A DNA stretch of 64,000 bases from an uncultured Spirochaetota bacterium (GCA_963734495.1 CAVTHK010000013.1:352001-416000), one strand, 5' to 3'. Counted from the first letter of the stretch, positions 12,872 through 23,317 are shown. Numbers and translations: made by a program. Notes: generated from the letters alone by a model not told the origin.

Positions 12872-13794
12872 TCGCTCCCTCCATCGGCCCGAAGGCGGCG
12901 GCGTTGAGCGCTCCCGCTGCGGCCGCCACCCGCGCGCATTCCGCGTGCGGCAGCCCCTCGAGCAGCCCGCAGAGGAAGCCGGCGTCGAAGCAGTCGCCGG
13001 CACCGGTGGGGTCCACCTCTTCCACGGCGTACGCGGGCGCATCGAGCGAGCCGTCGCGCGTATACACGGTCGCTCCGCGCCTGCCTCGCTTGAGCACGAT
13101 CAGCTCGAGGGCCTCGCTCTCGAAGAGAGAGCGCGCGCCGTCATCGACGTCCTCCCGCCCGCTCAGTGCGCGCAGCTCGGCCTCGCCGGGCAGCAGGACC
13201 GCGGTCCGCTCGAGGATCGGGCCGACCACCGTCGCGGATGTCCCGGCCGCCGAGAAGCTCGGTGCGGATGTTCGGGTCGAAGCTGATCCGCGCGCCGGCC
13301 GAGTGGAAGATCCCGGCGGCGCGGACGATCTCGCGCCGCAGCGATTCCCCGGCCATCAGCGAGCAGCCCATCACGTGGAACCACCGCGGCGTGCGGCCCG
13401 AGGCGTCGGCCGGGAGGCGCCCGTCCGTCCACGACTCCGGCACGCGAGCCGCCACGGCGGGCGTCCCGTCTATGTGAAAGATGAAGCGGCGCGACCCGTC
13501 AGCGAAGTACGTGACGAAGGCCACGGCCGTGGAGCCGCTCTCCGCCTCCAGCACGAAGCGAGTGTCCACACCATCGGCGCGCAGGCGATCGAGCAGGCAG
13601 CGGCCGAAGTCGTCGCGCCCCACCCCGCCGACGATCCCCGCGGAGTGACCGAGCCTCGCCACGGTGTCGATGAAGATCGCGGGCGCGCCGCTCGGGAACG
13701 GGCCGAGGAACTCGCCGGCGGCGTGCAGCGGCATGCCGGCGCGCGGGCGCATGATCTCGACCAGCATCTCGCCCATGGTCCAGACTTCGGCCAT
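12819..13794 (-). CDS. PfkB family sugar kinase (possible tagatose/hexose kinase); one frameshift
   Basis: GEMLVEIMRP, GPFPSGAPAIF, SFDPNIR, VDPTGAGDCFDAGF. Confidence 0.9.
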
Positions 13795-13830
13795 CTCTTC
13801 CTCCGGAACGCAACTCCCGGACGCGACGCC

Positions 13831-15372
13831 CTACGGGGCGGCCAGCCTTCCCTCGAAGCTCGCGCCGAGCTCGTGAGCCGTCTCGCGGCCTTCCAACGTC
13901 ACGCGGGCCCCATCGAACCTCAGGCGGACCATCGTGTGATCGTTGTTGGCTATGTTGTCATACTCGAAAGCGAACGTGCTCGCATCGACCCAGGAGCCGC
14001 GGAGCCCCTGGGGGAGGCCGTACTTGCCCTTCGACATGCGGTACACGCCGTCGAGGCCCATCGGCCAGGACTCGGGCCCGCCGCCGGCCAGCGTGATGCG
14101 CACGAGGGCCTCGGCGGAGCCGTCGAACTCGACGCTCATCCGCTCGATGTTCATGGGATTCGGGGGAAACGCGAATGTCTTGCCGGAGACCGCCCGTGCG
14201 GTCTCGGGAAGAGGCGCAACCGGCCGGGGCTGCGGAGGCTGCCTGATCGCGGCGAGCGCATCGGCGAGCGTCGCGGCTGCCGCGCGGTTTGCGGGCAGGG
14301 GCTTCTTCGGGTCGACCAGGGCGCTGGTCACGAGAGGATCGATCTCGTCGTAATCGAACCCGCCTCCCGTCGTGACCACGATCCCGTCGAGGAACGGCAC
14401 TACCTTGACGTACTGCCCTCCCCGCCCCGCGGCGGTGTAGACGCCGTTCCCGGGCGTGATCCACCAGCCGTAGCCGTAGTCGTCGCCTCGACCTGTCTTG
14501 ATCTGGGTCCTGGCCGATCTCCTGACCCAGTCTCGGGAGACGAGCTGCCTGCCTTCCCACCGTCCTCCGTTCAGCCACAGGTAGCCGATCCTGGCCGCAT
14601 CTCGCGGGTGCAGGTAGAGGTCGCCCCAGCCGTCGCTGTACCCCTGCGGGTCCGTGGACCACAACACGTCGTGAATGCCCAGCGGCTCGAAGAGATGGCG
14701 GCGGGCGAACTCCAGCGCCGTCGTGCCCGTCGCCTTCTGCAGGATGGCCGAAAGCAGATGCATCCCCGGGCTGTCGTACACGAAGCGGGTGCCCGGCTTG
14801 CGGGTCACCTTGCGGTCGAGCGCGAACCGCACGTAGTCCGGGCTCGCCTGCATCTCCTTGAGGGTCCCCTCGTCGCGTTCGAAGCCCATCGAGTCGAGGC
14901 CCGAGCACATGCCGGCCAGATGCCGCACAGTGATGCCGTCTTTCCACGCGTCGCGGTTCGCGATGACGCGTTCGGGGAAGAACGAGACCATCGGCCGGTC
15001 GAGCCCGAGCTTGCCCTGCCCGGCTGCGATCGCGATCAGCGTGGTCATAACGCTCTTCGTCACGGAGGCCAGGTCGTGGACGGTCTTCCCGTCGTAGGGG
15101 TAGAAGTACGCGTCCACCACCACGGTGCCGCCGCGGATGATCAGCAGGCTGTGGATGGCGATGTTCCGCTCGCGCATCGCGAGCAGCGCCTGCGCGAGCT
15201 TCGCGGAATCGAAGCCCTGCTCCTCCGGCGTGCCGCTGCGCCAGCCCTCCGTGGGCCAGGACGCAGGCGCCTCGCGTTGTCTGCGGCCGCGCAGCCCGAT
15301 GACGAGCGTCGCCGCGAACACGGCGAGGATGGCAGCGGGCGCGATCCAGATGAGAGCCTTGCGCGCGCGCAT
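13831..15372 (-). CDS. serine hydrolase, beta-lactamase/6-aminohexanoate-dimer hydrolase family, membrane-anchored
   Basis: SVTKS (SxxK) motif, FVYDS, LFEPLGI, YGYGWW; N-terminal TM/signal; AAAGGAGG RBS. Confidence 0.88.
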   Translation of the reverse strand: MRARKALIWIAPAAILAVFAATLVIGLRGRRQREAPASWPTEGWRSGTPEEQGFDSAKLAQALLAMRERNIAIHSLLIIRGGTVVVDAYFYPYDGKTVHDLASVTKSVMTTLIAIAAGQGKLGLDRPMVSFFPERVIANRDAWKDGITVRHLAGMCSGLDSMGFERDEGTLKEMQASPDYVRFALDRKVTRKPGTRFVYDSPGMHLLSAILQKATGTTALEFARRHLFEPLGIHDVLWSTDPQGYSDGWGDLYLHPRDAARIGYLWLNGGRWEGRQLVSRDWVRRSARTQIKTGRGDDYGYGWWITPGNGVYTAAGRGGQYVKVVPFLDGIVVTTGGGFDYDEIDPLVTSALVDPKKPLPANRAAAATLADALAAIRQPPQPRPVAPLPETARAVSGKTFAFPPNPMNIERMSVEFDGSAEALVRITLAGGGPESWPMGLDGVYRMSKGKYGLPQGLRGSWVDASTFAFEYDNIANNDHTMVRLRFDGARVTLEGRETAHELGASFEGRLAAP

Positions 15373-15474
15373 GGGTCTCCTCCTTTCGAGCCGTCCCGCT
15401 CAAGTCTACGGCAAGCCCTCCGCCGGTTCCACGCGGTTCCGTAGGCCGCGCTCAGCGCGAGGCGGCCCGCGCGC

Positions 15475-15840
15475 TCACTTCTTCTTCTTGCTCCTGTTCT
15501 CTTCCGCGCGGAACCGCACGATCCTGGCGATCAGGTCCAAGGGCAGAGGCTCCTCCAGCGGGAACTGGACCGCGCCCTTCGAGCTCTTGTACTTCGCAAG
15601 CTCCGCCTTGAACCGCTCGATCCCGCTGGGCGTCGGGTAGAACCCGATGTGGCCGGCATGCGCCGCGAAATGGACGAGATTCCCGTTGAGATAGAACGTG
15701 GGCATCTGGTAGCTGACCTTTTCCACGGCGTCGGGGACGAGCTTTGCCACGAGCCGCCTGATCTCCCGCAGCCTGCCCCGAACGCCCGGCGGCCGGCTCA
15801 TGATGTACGCGTCGATCGTCGCAAACACCTGGCTCTTCAT
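15475..15840 (-). CDS. DUF1801/YdhG-like protein
   Basis: SYQMPTFYLNGNLVHFAA, HIGFYP, SKGAVQFP. Confidence 0.88.
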   Translation of the reverse strand: MKSQVFATIDAYIMSRPPGVRGRLREIRRLVAKLVPDAVEKVSYQMPTFYLNGNLVHFAAHAGHIGFYPTPSGIERFKAELAKYKSSKGAVQFPLEEPLPLDLIARIVRFRAEENRSKKKK

Positions 15841-15876
15841 CCGCGCCCTTCCTCCCCGCGGCAGCGGCCGGCCGCG

Positions 15877-16683
15877 CTACGCCAGGCCCGCGAGCCCGGC
15901 GCTCGCCTTCCACAGCCGCTCCTGCAGCCCCTCGTCGCGGGTCGACGCTCCGCTCGGGGCCTCCCGGCTGTTCGCGAAGTAGCGGCCGCTCACGCCCGCG
16001 ACGGCGGGGGAGAGCGCCAGGTGCACCGAAGTGAGCGCGCCCTGCGCGACAGGCGCGCCCCCCGAAAAGTTCACGTGCAGCAGCTTGGTGTCGATGACGC
16101 CGGGGTGCAGAGCATTGGCCGTCACCCGCGTGCCGTCGAGGCGGCGGGCGAGCGCAAACGTAAAGAGCACGTTCGCGAGCTTCGAGCGGCAGTAGGCGTC
16201 GTAGCCGTCGAAGCCGCGCGCCATCTGCAGGTCGTCGAAGTCCAGCCGCGCGCCCGAGTGCACCATCGAGCTCACGTTGACGATCCGGGCGGGGGCGCTC
16301 TCGCGGAGGCGTGCCAGGAGGAGATTGGTCAAAAGGAAGGGAGCCAGGTGGTTGACGGCGAACGTCATCTCGAACCCGTCGCGGCTCTCCTCGCGCCGCT
16401 TCATCGCGACCCCGGCGTTGTTGACCAGCGCGTCGAGCCGCCCGAACCGGCCGAGCACGTCGGCGGCGAGCGCGCGCACCTCGGCAAGCGACGCGAGGTC
16501 GCCGCTCGCCGCTTCGACCGCCGCGCCGGGGACCTCGGCTTCGACGCGGCGCTTCGCTGCGTCAGCCTTCACCTTGTTTCTCCCGTGGACGACGACCCGG
16601 GCGCCCTGTCCTGCGAGCGCGATCGCCGTCGCGAGCCCGATGCCGTCCGTGCTGCCCGTTACCAGGATGGTCTGACGCTTCAT
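15877..16683 (-). CDS. SDR family oxidoreductase (retinol-dehydrogenase-like)
   Basis: TGSTDGIG, LVNNAG, FAVNHLAPFLLT, YCRSKLAN, LHPG. Confidence 0.9.
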   Translation of the reverse strand: MKRQTILVTGSTDGIGLATAIALAGQGARVVVHGRNKVKADAAKRRVEAEVPGAAVEAASGDLASLAEVRALAADVLGRFGRLDALVNNAGVAMKRREESRDGFEMTFAVNHLAPFLLTNLLLARLRESAPARIVNVSSMVHSGARLDFDDLQMARGFDGYDAYCRSKLANVLFTFALARRLDGTRVTANALHPGVIDTKLLHVNFSGGAPVAQGALTSVHLALSPAVAGVSGRYFANSREAPSGASTRDEGLQERLWKASAGLAGLA

Positions 16684-16737
16684 GCTGGGGAGAGTATACA
16701 ACGCGACGACGCCGCGGTAGACTCGCGCGGGCCGGCG

Positions 16738-18237
16738 ATGGCGGACTACATCCTCGCATGTGATCTCGGGACCTCGGGCTGCCGCACCGTGCTCTTCGGT
16801 GCTGCGTTCGAAGTTGCGGCCGCGGCGAGCGTCGACACGCCGACCGCGCACCCGGCGCCGGGCTGGGCCGAGCAGGACGCGGAGGACTGGTGGCGCGGCT
16901 TCTGCCGCTCGACGCGCGAGGCGGTCGCCGCGGCCGGGGTCCGGCCCGCCGAGATCGCGGCCGTCGGCATCGGCGCCATGTCCAGCATGGCACTTCCGGT
17001 GGACGCGGGAGGCAGACCACTGCGGCCGGGGCTGCTCTGGTACGACAGGCGGGCCGAAGCCGAAGCCGCGATGATGCGCGAACGCCTCGGCCCCGAGCTG
17101 GCCCGCATCGCGGGCAATCGAAGCGACCCTTCGAACTTCGGGCCCAAGGTCCTCTGGATCAAGGCGCACGAGCCCGAGCTCTACCGGAGGGCCGCGTGGT
17201 TTCTCCACGCCAATGGCTTTCTCGTGCTGCGCCTCACGGGCGAGCCGACGATGGACGTGTCGGAGTGCGGGCTGAGCCAGCTCTGCGAGCTGGCCGCGGG
17301 CCGCTGGTCGCGCGAGCTCGTCGAAGGGTGCGGCATCGAGCGGTCGAAGCTGCCGCCCATCCTCGGCTGCACGGAGATCGCGGGGCGGGTGACCGCGGCC
17401 GCGGCCGCGGAGACGGGGCTCGCGGCGGGGACGCCGGTCATCGCGGGTGCGATGGACAACGTAGCCGCCGTGCTGGGCACGGGGCTCGCGCGCGCGGGCC
17501 GCGCCGGGGTCTCCGCGGGCACCGCCACCAACACCAACGCCTGCGTCGCGTCTCCCGTCGCGCCGGCCGGGATGCACTGCTATCACCACGCCGTGCCCGG
17601 GCTCTGGATCGCGGCAGGCGGCGTCGACTACGGCGGCGCGGGCCTCAAGTGGTTCCGCGACCTGCTCGGCGAGGGGGACTTCGCCCGGCTCGACGCGGAG
17701 GTCGATGCGGAGCCCTACGACCGGCAGCCGCTGATCTTCCTGCCGTACATGGTGGGGCAGCGCGCGCCGCTCTGGAACAGCGCGGCGCGCGGCGCGTTCG
17801 TCGGCCTCGAGCCGGCCACGTCGCGGGCTGCCGTGGCGCGCGCGATCATGGAGGGCAACGCCCTCGGCACCCGCCGCGTGCTCGAGCTCGTCGAGGCGAG
17901 CGGCGTCGCGATCGGGTCCTTCCGCCTGACCGGGGGCTGCAGCCGGAGCCGCGTCTGGGCGTCGATCTTTGCGGACGTCACCGGCAGGACGGTGCAGATC
18001 CCCGGCGGCCGCGACGTCGCGCCGCTCGGCGCGGCGCTGATGGCGGCTGCCGGAGCGGGACTGCAGGCGGACCTTGCCGCGGCGGCGGAACGCGCTGCGA
18101 CGGTCGCGTCGGAGATCGCCCCGCGCCCCGAGCGCCGCGCGTGGTACGACGGCCTCTACTCCGCGTTCTGCCGCGCCTACGACGGAATGCGCGACACTTA
18201 CGACCGGCTCGCGGCCCTGGCGCGCTCAGGCGGTTAG
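16738..18237 (+). CDS. FGGY family carbohydrate kinase (xylulokinase-like)
   Basis: CDLGTSG, PGWAEQD, LWYDRRA, FLPYMVGQRAPLWN. Confidence 0.9.
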   Translation: MADYILACDLGTSGCRTVLFGAAFEVAAAASVDTPTAHPAPGWAEQDAEDWWRGFCRSTREAVAAAGVRPAEIAAVGIGAMSSMALPVDAGGRPLRPGLLWYDRRAEAEAAMMRERLGPELARIAGNRSDPSNFGPKVLWIKAHEPELYRRAAWFLHANGFLVLRLTGEPTMDVSECGLSQLCELAAGRWSRELVEGCGIERSKLPPILGCTEIAGRVTAAAAAETGLAAGTPVIAGAMDNVAAVLGTGLARAGRAGVSAGTATNTNACVASPVAPAGMHCYHHAVPGLWIAAGGVDYGGAGLKWFRDLLGEGDFARLDAEVDAEPYDRQPLIFLPYMVGQRAPLWNSAARGAFVGLEPATSRAAVARAIMEGNALGTRRVLELVEASGVAIGSFRLTGGCSRSRVWASIFADVTGRTVQIPGGRDVAPLGAALMAAAGAGLQADLAAAAERAATVASEIAPRPERRAWYDGLYSAFCRAYDGMRDTYDRLAALARSGG

Positions 18238-18314
18238 TAGCCACTCGCATGTTGACAGAATCCCGGCCGGCTGATTCGATCGTTGCCTGTCGAAACGCAG
18301 GAAAGGAATCAAAG

Positions 18315-19358
18315 ATGAAGGCTGCCCTCCGCCGCGGCGCCGGCCGCATGGAGTGCGTCGAGCTGCCGGTGCCCGAGCCGCGCGCCGGGGAAGTCCTGAT
18401 CCGCGTGCGCACGGTGGGCATCTGCGGCTCGGACATCAACCGCGTCGTCGAGCGCACGGACCGCTGGGACAGCGTCGTCCTCGGCCACGAGCTCGCCGGC
18501 GAAGTGGCGGCGCTCGGCCCGGGATCGGACGCGGGCGGGCTCGCGGTTGGCGAGCGGGTCACGGCCGCGCCGCTCGTGCCGAACGCCGCCTCGTCGTGGA
18601 GCCAGCGCGGGCTGTACTCCCTCGGCGACGACTACGGCTTTGTCGGAAGCCGCGCCCACGGCGCGATGGCGGAGTACGTCGCGGTGCCGCGGTCCAACGT
18701 GCTCGCCCTTCCGCCGGGGCTCTCCTTTGAGCTCGGCGCGCTCATCGAGCCGGTGACCGTGTGCCTGCACCCGCTCCTGCGCCTCGGCAACCTTCTCGGT
18801 GCGAGCGCGATCGTCACCGGCGCGGGGGCCATCGGCCTGCTGGCGCTGCAGGCGCTCAAGGCCATGGGGGCGCGCACCGTGATCGTCTCCGACGTGGTCG
18901 AGGCCAAGCTCGCGGCCGCGAGGAGCCTCGGCGCCGACACTACCGTCAACCCGACGCGAGGGAGCCTGCGCGACGCGGCGGCGGCGCTCCCCGAAGGCGG
19001 CGCCGACGTCGTGTTCGAGTCGTCCGGCAGCAACCCCGCAAAGAAGGACGCGATCGCCTGCGCGAAGGGAGGCGGCACGGTGCTCCTGGTGGGGACGACG
19101 CCGCAGGACGTGAGCTTCGAGGCGCCGCTCTTCGAGCGGATCACGCGCAAGGAGCTCCGCGTGGTCGGATCGTGGATGAGCTACTCGGCGCCCTTTCCGG
19201 GCCCGGAGTGGACCACGGGGCTCTGGCTGCTCGAGAGCGGCCGCGTGCGGGCCGAGGGCCTGATCACGCACCGCTACCCGCTGGAGCGGGTCGCCGATGC
19301 GTTCGCGATGATCCTCGGGGGCAGGGAGACCTTTATCAAAGTGATGCTCGAGCCATGA
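18315..19358 (+). CDS. zinc-dependent polyol dehydrogenase (galactitol-1-phosphate 5-dehydrogenase-like)
   Basis: GICGSD, LGHELAG, GAGAIG, GSWMSYSAPFPG.EW (GatD-like C-terminus). Confidence 0.85.
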   Translation: MKAALRRGAGRMECVELPVPEPRAGEVLIRVRTVGICGSDINRVVERTDRWDSVVLGHELAGEVAALGPGSDAGGLAVGERVTAAPLVPNAASSWSQRGLYSLGDDYGFVGSRAHGAMAEYVAVPRSNVLALPPGLSFELGALIEPVTVCLHPLLRLGNLLGASAIVTGAGAIGLLALQALKAMGARTVIVSDVVEAKLAAARSLGADTTVNPTRGSLRDAAAALPEGGADVVFESSGSNPAKKDAIACAKGGGTVLLVGTTPQDVSFEAPLFERITRKELRVVGSWMSYSAPFPGPEWTTGLWLLESGRVRAEGLITHRYPLERVADAFAMILGGRETFIKVMLEP

Positions 19359-20701
19359 CCCGGCCGCTCAGGCGCTTTCGCGACATCCTCGAGGCGAACC
19401 GCCGCGGCCGCGCCGCGGGCGTGTCCTCGCTGTGCACCGCCCACCCGGTCGCCCTGCAGGCCGCCATGCGGCAGGCGCTGGAAGACGGCTCGCTCGTGCT
19501 GATCGAGTCGACGTCCAACCAGGTCGACCAGTTCGGCGGCTACACCGGGATGAAGCCCGCGGATTTCGCCGGCTTCGCGGCCGCGCTCGCGCGCGAAGCG
19601 GGCTTCCCGCCGGAGCAGCTCCTGCTCGGCGGCGACCACCTCGGACCCAATCGCTGGCAGGACCGCCCCGCGGCCGAGGCCATGGAACATGCGCGCGCCC
19701 TCGTGGCCGCGTACGCGGCCGCCGGCTTCCGCAAGCTGCACCTCGACGCGAGCATGCGCTGCGGCGACGACGCGGGCGAACGCGGCGCGCCCCTCGCCGA
19801 CGCGGTCGTCGCCGCGCGCGCCGCCGAGCTGTGCGCGGCGGCCGAGGCCGCCTGGGCCGCCGCGGGCCGCGACTCGCGAGGCGAGCCGCCGGTGTACGTG
19901 ATCGGCACGGAGGTGCCGGCCCCGGGCGGCGCGCAGGCGGCCGACGCGCCGCCGCGCGTCACCTCGGCCGCCGACGCCGGCCGCACGATCGAGGCCGCGC
20001 GCGCGGCGTTCCTCGACCGCGGCCTCGGCGGCGCGTGGGAGCGCGTCGTCGCCGTGGTCGTGCAGCCGGGCGTCGAATACGGCGACGACGCCGTCTTCGA
20101 CTACCGGCGCGAGGAGGCGCGGACGCTGAGCGAGGCGGTGCTGCGCCATCCGCGCATCGTCTACGAGGCGCATTCGACCGATTACCAGACGCCCGCGGGC
20201 CTGCGCGCTCTGGTCGAGGACCACTTCTGCATCCTCAAGGTCGGCCCGTGGCTCACCTTCGCGCTGCGCGAGGCGCTCTTCGCCCTCGAGGCGATCGAGC
20301 GCGAGCTGCTGGCCGCGCGGCCGGGCGCTGGTCCGGGTCCGGCGCCTTCGGGCCTCCGCGCCGCGCTCGACCGCGCGATGGTCGAGCGGCCCGATGCCTG
20401 GCGCAAGTACTACGCGGGCAGCCCGCGCGAGCAGGCGCTCAAGCGCGCTTTCAGCTTCAGCGACCGCTCGCGCTACTACTGGCCCGTCCCCGCGGTCCGG
20501 GAGGCGGTGGCCCGCCTCGAGGCGAACCTGCGCGCGGCCCCTCTCCCGCTGTCGCTGCTCAGCCAGCACATGAGCCGCCAGTACGAGCTGGCGCGCGAAG
20601 GACGCGTCGCCGCCGACCCGCGCGCGCTCGCCGAGAGCCGCGTGCGGGAGGTGCTGGCGGTCTACGCGGCCGCCTGCGGCCATGCGCGGCGGCAGCCTTG
20701 A
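19355..20701 (+). CDS. gatZ: GatZ/KbaZ family protein (tagatose-6-phosphate 4-epimerase / aldolase non-catalytic subunit)
   Basis: IESTSNQVDQFGGYTGM, LGGDHLGPN, YVIGTEVPAPGG, YEAHSTDYQ, LKVGPWLTFALRE, SDRSRYYW. Confidence 0.92.
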   Translation: MTRPLRRFRDILEANRRGRAAGVSSLCTAHPVALQAAMRQALEDGSLVLIESTSNQVDQFGGYTGMKPADFAGFAAALAREAGFPPEQLLLGGDHLGPNRWQDRPAAEAMEHARALVAAYAAAGFRKLHLDASMRCGDDAGERGAPLADAVVAARAAELCAAAEAAWAAAGRDSRGEPPVYVIGTEVPAPGGAQAADAPPRVTSAADAGRTIEAARAAFLDRGLGGAWERVVAVVVQPGVEYGDDAVFDYRREEARTLSEAVLRHPRIVYEAHSTDYQTPAGLRALVEDHFCILKVGPWLTFALREALFALEAIERELLAARPGAGPGPAPSGLRAALDRAMVERPDAWRKYYAGSPREQALKRAFSFSDRSRYYWPVPAVREAVARLEANLRAAPLPLSLLSQHMSRQYELAREGRVAADPRALAESRVREVLAVYAAACGHARRQP

Positions 20702-20745
20702 CAGCGGGACTCACCCGGGGGTGAACTGAAGCCGGGAGGCCGGCA

Positions 20746-20991
20746 ATGAGCAAGACCTGCATCGCCTGCGGGATGCCGATGACGCGCAAAGAGGATTTCG
20801 CGATGGGCGACCCGTCCAAGGACTTCTGCCGGCATTGCGCGCGGCCCGACGGGACCATGCAGTCCTACGCGGAGAAGCTGGAGAGCATGACGGGCTTTAT
20901 CGCCCGCACGCAGGCGCTCGATTCCGCCGTCGCCCGCGAACGGGCGCGGACGGCGATGGCGAAGCTGCCCGCCTGGAAAGCCCGCGGATGA
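20746..20991 (+). CDS. putative zinc-ribbon domain protein
   Basis: CIACGMPM...FCRHC and LPAWK C-terminus; GGGAGG RBS. Confidence 0.8.
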   Translation: MSKTCIACGMPMTRKEDFAMGDPSKDFCRHCARPDGTMQSYAEKLESMTGFIARTQALDSAVARERARTAMAKLPAWKARG

Positions 20992-21776
20992 GACCCGAGC
21001 GGCCGCTGGCCGTCGTGACGGGCGCGACCAGCGGGATCGGGGCCGCGTTCGCGCGGGCCCTCGCCGCGCGGGGCCACGACCTGCTGATCACCGGCCGCAG
21101 GCGCGACGTCATCCAAGGGGTGGCCGCGGAGATCCGCGACCGCCGCGGCGTCGCGGTCGAGGTGCTCATCGGCGACCTCGCGGACCCCGCGCACCTCGCG
21201 GCCCTCGAGGGACGCATCCGCGGCTCGAGCCGCCTCGCCCTGCTGGTCAACAATGCCGGGTACGGCAGCGGCGCGGGCTTCCTCGAGGACACGGTCGAGA
21301 ACCAGGTCTCCATGCTGCGCGTGCACGACGAAGCGACGGTGCGGCTGTGCCGCGCGGCCGCGACCCGAATCGCGCGCGGAGGCGGGATCGTGAACGTCGC
21401 TTCGATGGCGGGCATTCTCACGTCGCCGACCTCCGTGGTCTACGGCGCGACGAAGGCCTTTCTGGTGAGCTTCTCGGAGTCGCTCGCGATGGCCCTGCGG
21501 GACCGCGGGATCAGGGTGCAGGCGCTCTGCCCCGGGCTCACGCGCACCGATTTCCACGGCCGCCTCGGTCTCGATCGCGAGCCGCCACGCGGCCGGGGCC
21601 CTGTGGCCGCCGCGCTCTGGATGACGGCCGAGCGCGTCGTGGACGCTTCGCTGGCAGCCCTCGCGCGGGGTACGGTGGTCTGCGTCCCTGGCCTGCTGAA
21701 CCGCCTCGTGCTCGCGGCCGCGCGGGTCGTGCCGCGGCGGCTGTACTACGCGCTGGCCTCGCGCGTGCGCGTGTAG
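20988..21776 (+). CDS. SDR family oxidoreductase
   Basis: TGATSGIG, LVNNAG, YGATKAF, LCPGLTRTDF; ATGA overlap with the upstream gene. Confidence 0.9.
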   Translation: MRPERPLAVVTGATSGIGAAFARALAARGHDLLITGRRRDVIQGVAAEIRDRRGVAVEVLIGDLADPAHLAALEGRIRGSSRLALLVNNAGYGSGAGFLEDTVENQVSMLRVHDEATVRLCRAAATRIARGGGIVNVASMAGILTSPTSVVYGATKAFLVSFSESLAMALRDRGIRVQALCPGLTRTDFHGRLGLDREPPRGRGPVAAALWMTAERVVDASLAALARGTVVCVPGLLNRLVLAAARVVPRRLYYALASRVRV

Positions 21777-21825
21777 TCGGCGAAGGGCGCCGCGGCGCAG
21801 CCGGCGCGGCGCAGGCGCGGTGGGC

Positions 21826-23226
21826 CTACGGGAAGATCTTGGCCGGGTTCAGCAGGTAGCCGGGGTCGAAGCTCTCCTTGATGCGCTTCATCAGGGCGAT
21901 CTGCACCGGGTCCAGACTGTGGTGCAGGTACTGCTTTCGCACCAGGCCCACGCCGTGCTCCGCCGTGATCATGCCGCCGAGCTCCGTGCAGGCCCTGTAA
22001 ATGAGGTCGGCCGCGTGCGGGACCTTGGCGCGCCAGGTCGCGTCGTCAATGTCCTTGACGATGCAGACGTGCACGTTGCCGTCGCCCGCGTGGCCGAAGC
22101 TGATGATGTTGAGCGCCTCCTGCTTCGCGATCGCCTTGACCCTGTCGAGCAGCACCGGGATCTCCGACCGCGGGACGACCACGTCCATGGTCTCCATGAT
22201 CTTCTGCGGGCTCAGGTTCTTGACGGCCTCGATGAGCTTCTTCCGCGCGTCCCACAGGCGCTCCCGCGTCGGCGTGTTGTCCGCGACCAGCACGTCCTGC
22301 GCGCCGTTGTTGAGGACGATCTCGCCGATCTTCTCGCTGTCGGCCTCCATGGAGGCCCGATCGGCGCCGTCGAGGGTGATCAGGAGGTGAGCGGCGGAGT
22401 CGCGGAACGGGACCTCGCGCTCGAGGAGCTTCTCGCAGGCGAGGAGGCTGTCGCGCTCCATGAACTCGAGGGCGACGGGAACGATCTTCGCCTCGATGAT
22501 CTCCGACACGGACTTCGTGGCCGACCGGATGTCGGGGAACGGTACGAGAAGGTCGATCCGCTCCTTGGGCAGCGGAATCAGGCGAAGGAGGATCTTCGTG
22601 ATCACCGCCAGCGTGCCCTCGGAGCCGAGGAGGAGCTGGATCAGGCTGTAGCCGGTGACGTTCTTGACGACCTTGCCGCCCATGTTGACGACTTCGCCGC
22701 CGGGCAGGACGACTTCGAGGCCGACGACGTAGTCCTTGGTGACGCCGTACTTGACGGCGCGCGGCCCCCCTGAGTTTTCGGCGATGTTGCCGCCCAGCGA
22801 GCAGGAGTCCAGGCTGGCGGGGTCGGGCGGGTAGAAGAGGCCCCGCTCCTCGACGGCGCGGTGCAGGTTGCCGGTGATGACGCCCGGCTCGACGGTGGCG
22901 ACCAGGTTTTCCGCGTCGATCTCGAGGATACGGTTCATCCGCTCCAGCGAGAGCACGAGCCCGCCCACGGCCGGAACCGCGCCGCCGCTCAGCCCCTGGC
23001 CCGCCCCGCGCGGAGTGACGGGAAAGCGCTCGGCCTGGGCGAGCTTCATGATGGCAGCGACCTGGGCCGTGTTCGTCACGCGCGCCACGGCCTCAGGCGC
23101 GTGGTGCAGCTCCGCGACCTCGTCGTGCGAGTACGGCTCGATCGCGTCGGTCTTTACGAGAAGGTTTTCCTCGCCGACGATCTCGCTCAGCTTGAGAAGA
23201 ATCGCCTCGGTCAGCGGCTTGTACAT
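21826..23226 (-). CDS. FAD-binding oxidoreductase, GlcD/D-lactate dehydrogenase family
   Basis: PRGAGQGLSGG, YPPDPAS, GPRAVKYG, GSEGTL, GHAGDGNVH, AEHGVG, LNPAKIF; start placed at ATG 23226 from the promoter position. Confidence 0.92.
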   Translation of the reverse strand: MYKPLTEAILLKLSEIVGEENLLVKTDAIEPYSHDEVAELHHAPEAVARVTNTAQVAAIMKLAQAERFPVTPRGAGQGLSGGAVPAVGGLVLSLERMNRILEIDAENLVATVEPGVITGNLHRAVEERGLFYPPDPASLDSCSLGGNIAENSGGPRAVKYGVTKDYVVGLEVVLPGGEVVNMGGKVVKNVTGYSLIQLLLGSEGTLAVITKILLRLIPLPKERIDLLVPFPDIRSATKSVSEIIEAKIVPVALEFMERDSLLACEKLLEREVPFRDSAAHLLITLDGADRASMEADSEKIGEIVLNNGAQDVLVADNTPTRERLWDARKKLIEAVKNLSPQKIMETMDVVVPRSEIPVLLDRVKAIAKQEALNIISFGHAGDGNVHVCIVKDIDDATWRAKVPHAADLIYRACTELGGMITAEHGVGLVRKQYLHHSLDPVQIALMKRIKESFDPGYLLNPAKIFP

Positions 23227-23233
23227 GCGTCGC

Positions 23234-23263
23234 ACCATAGAATCCGCGGCGACCGCGTGTCAA
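23234..23263 (-). promoter_or_regulatory. putative sigma70 promoter, leaderless glcD-like transcript
   Basis: On the minus strand TTGACA, N18, TATGGT, N7, ATG (23226). Confidence 0.55.
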
Positions 23264-23317
23264 CGCCTCATCACGGGCCCGGCGCAGCCATGGATGGCGT
23301 CAGCGCCGGGCGCCTCA

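Noticed and set aside
11938..15444. 1168-aa plus-strand ORF and many similar long Arg/Ala/Pro-rich ORFs
   Set aside because: Shadow frames antisense to or overlapping well-supported genes; stops are scarce at this GC content
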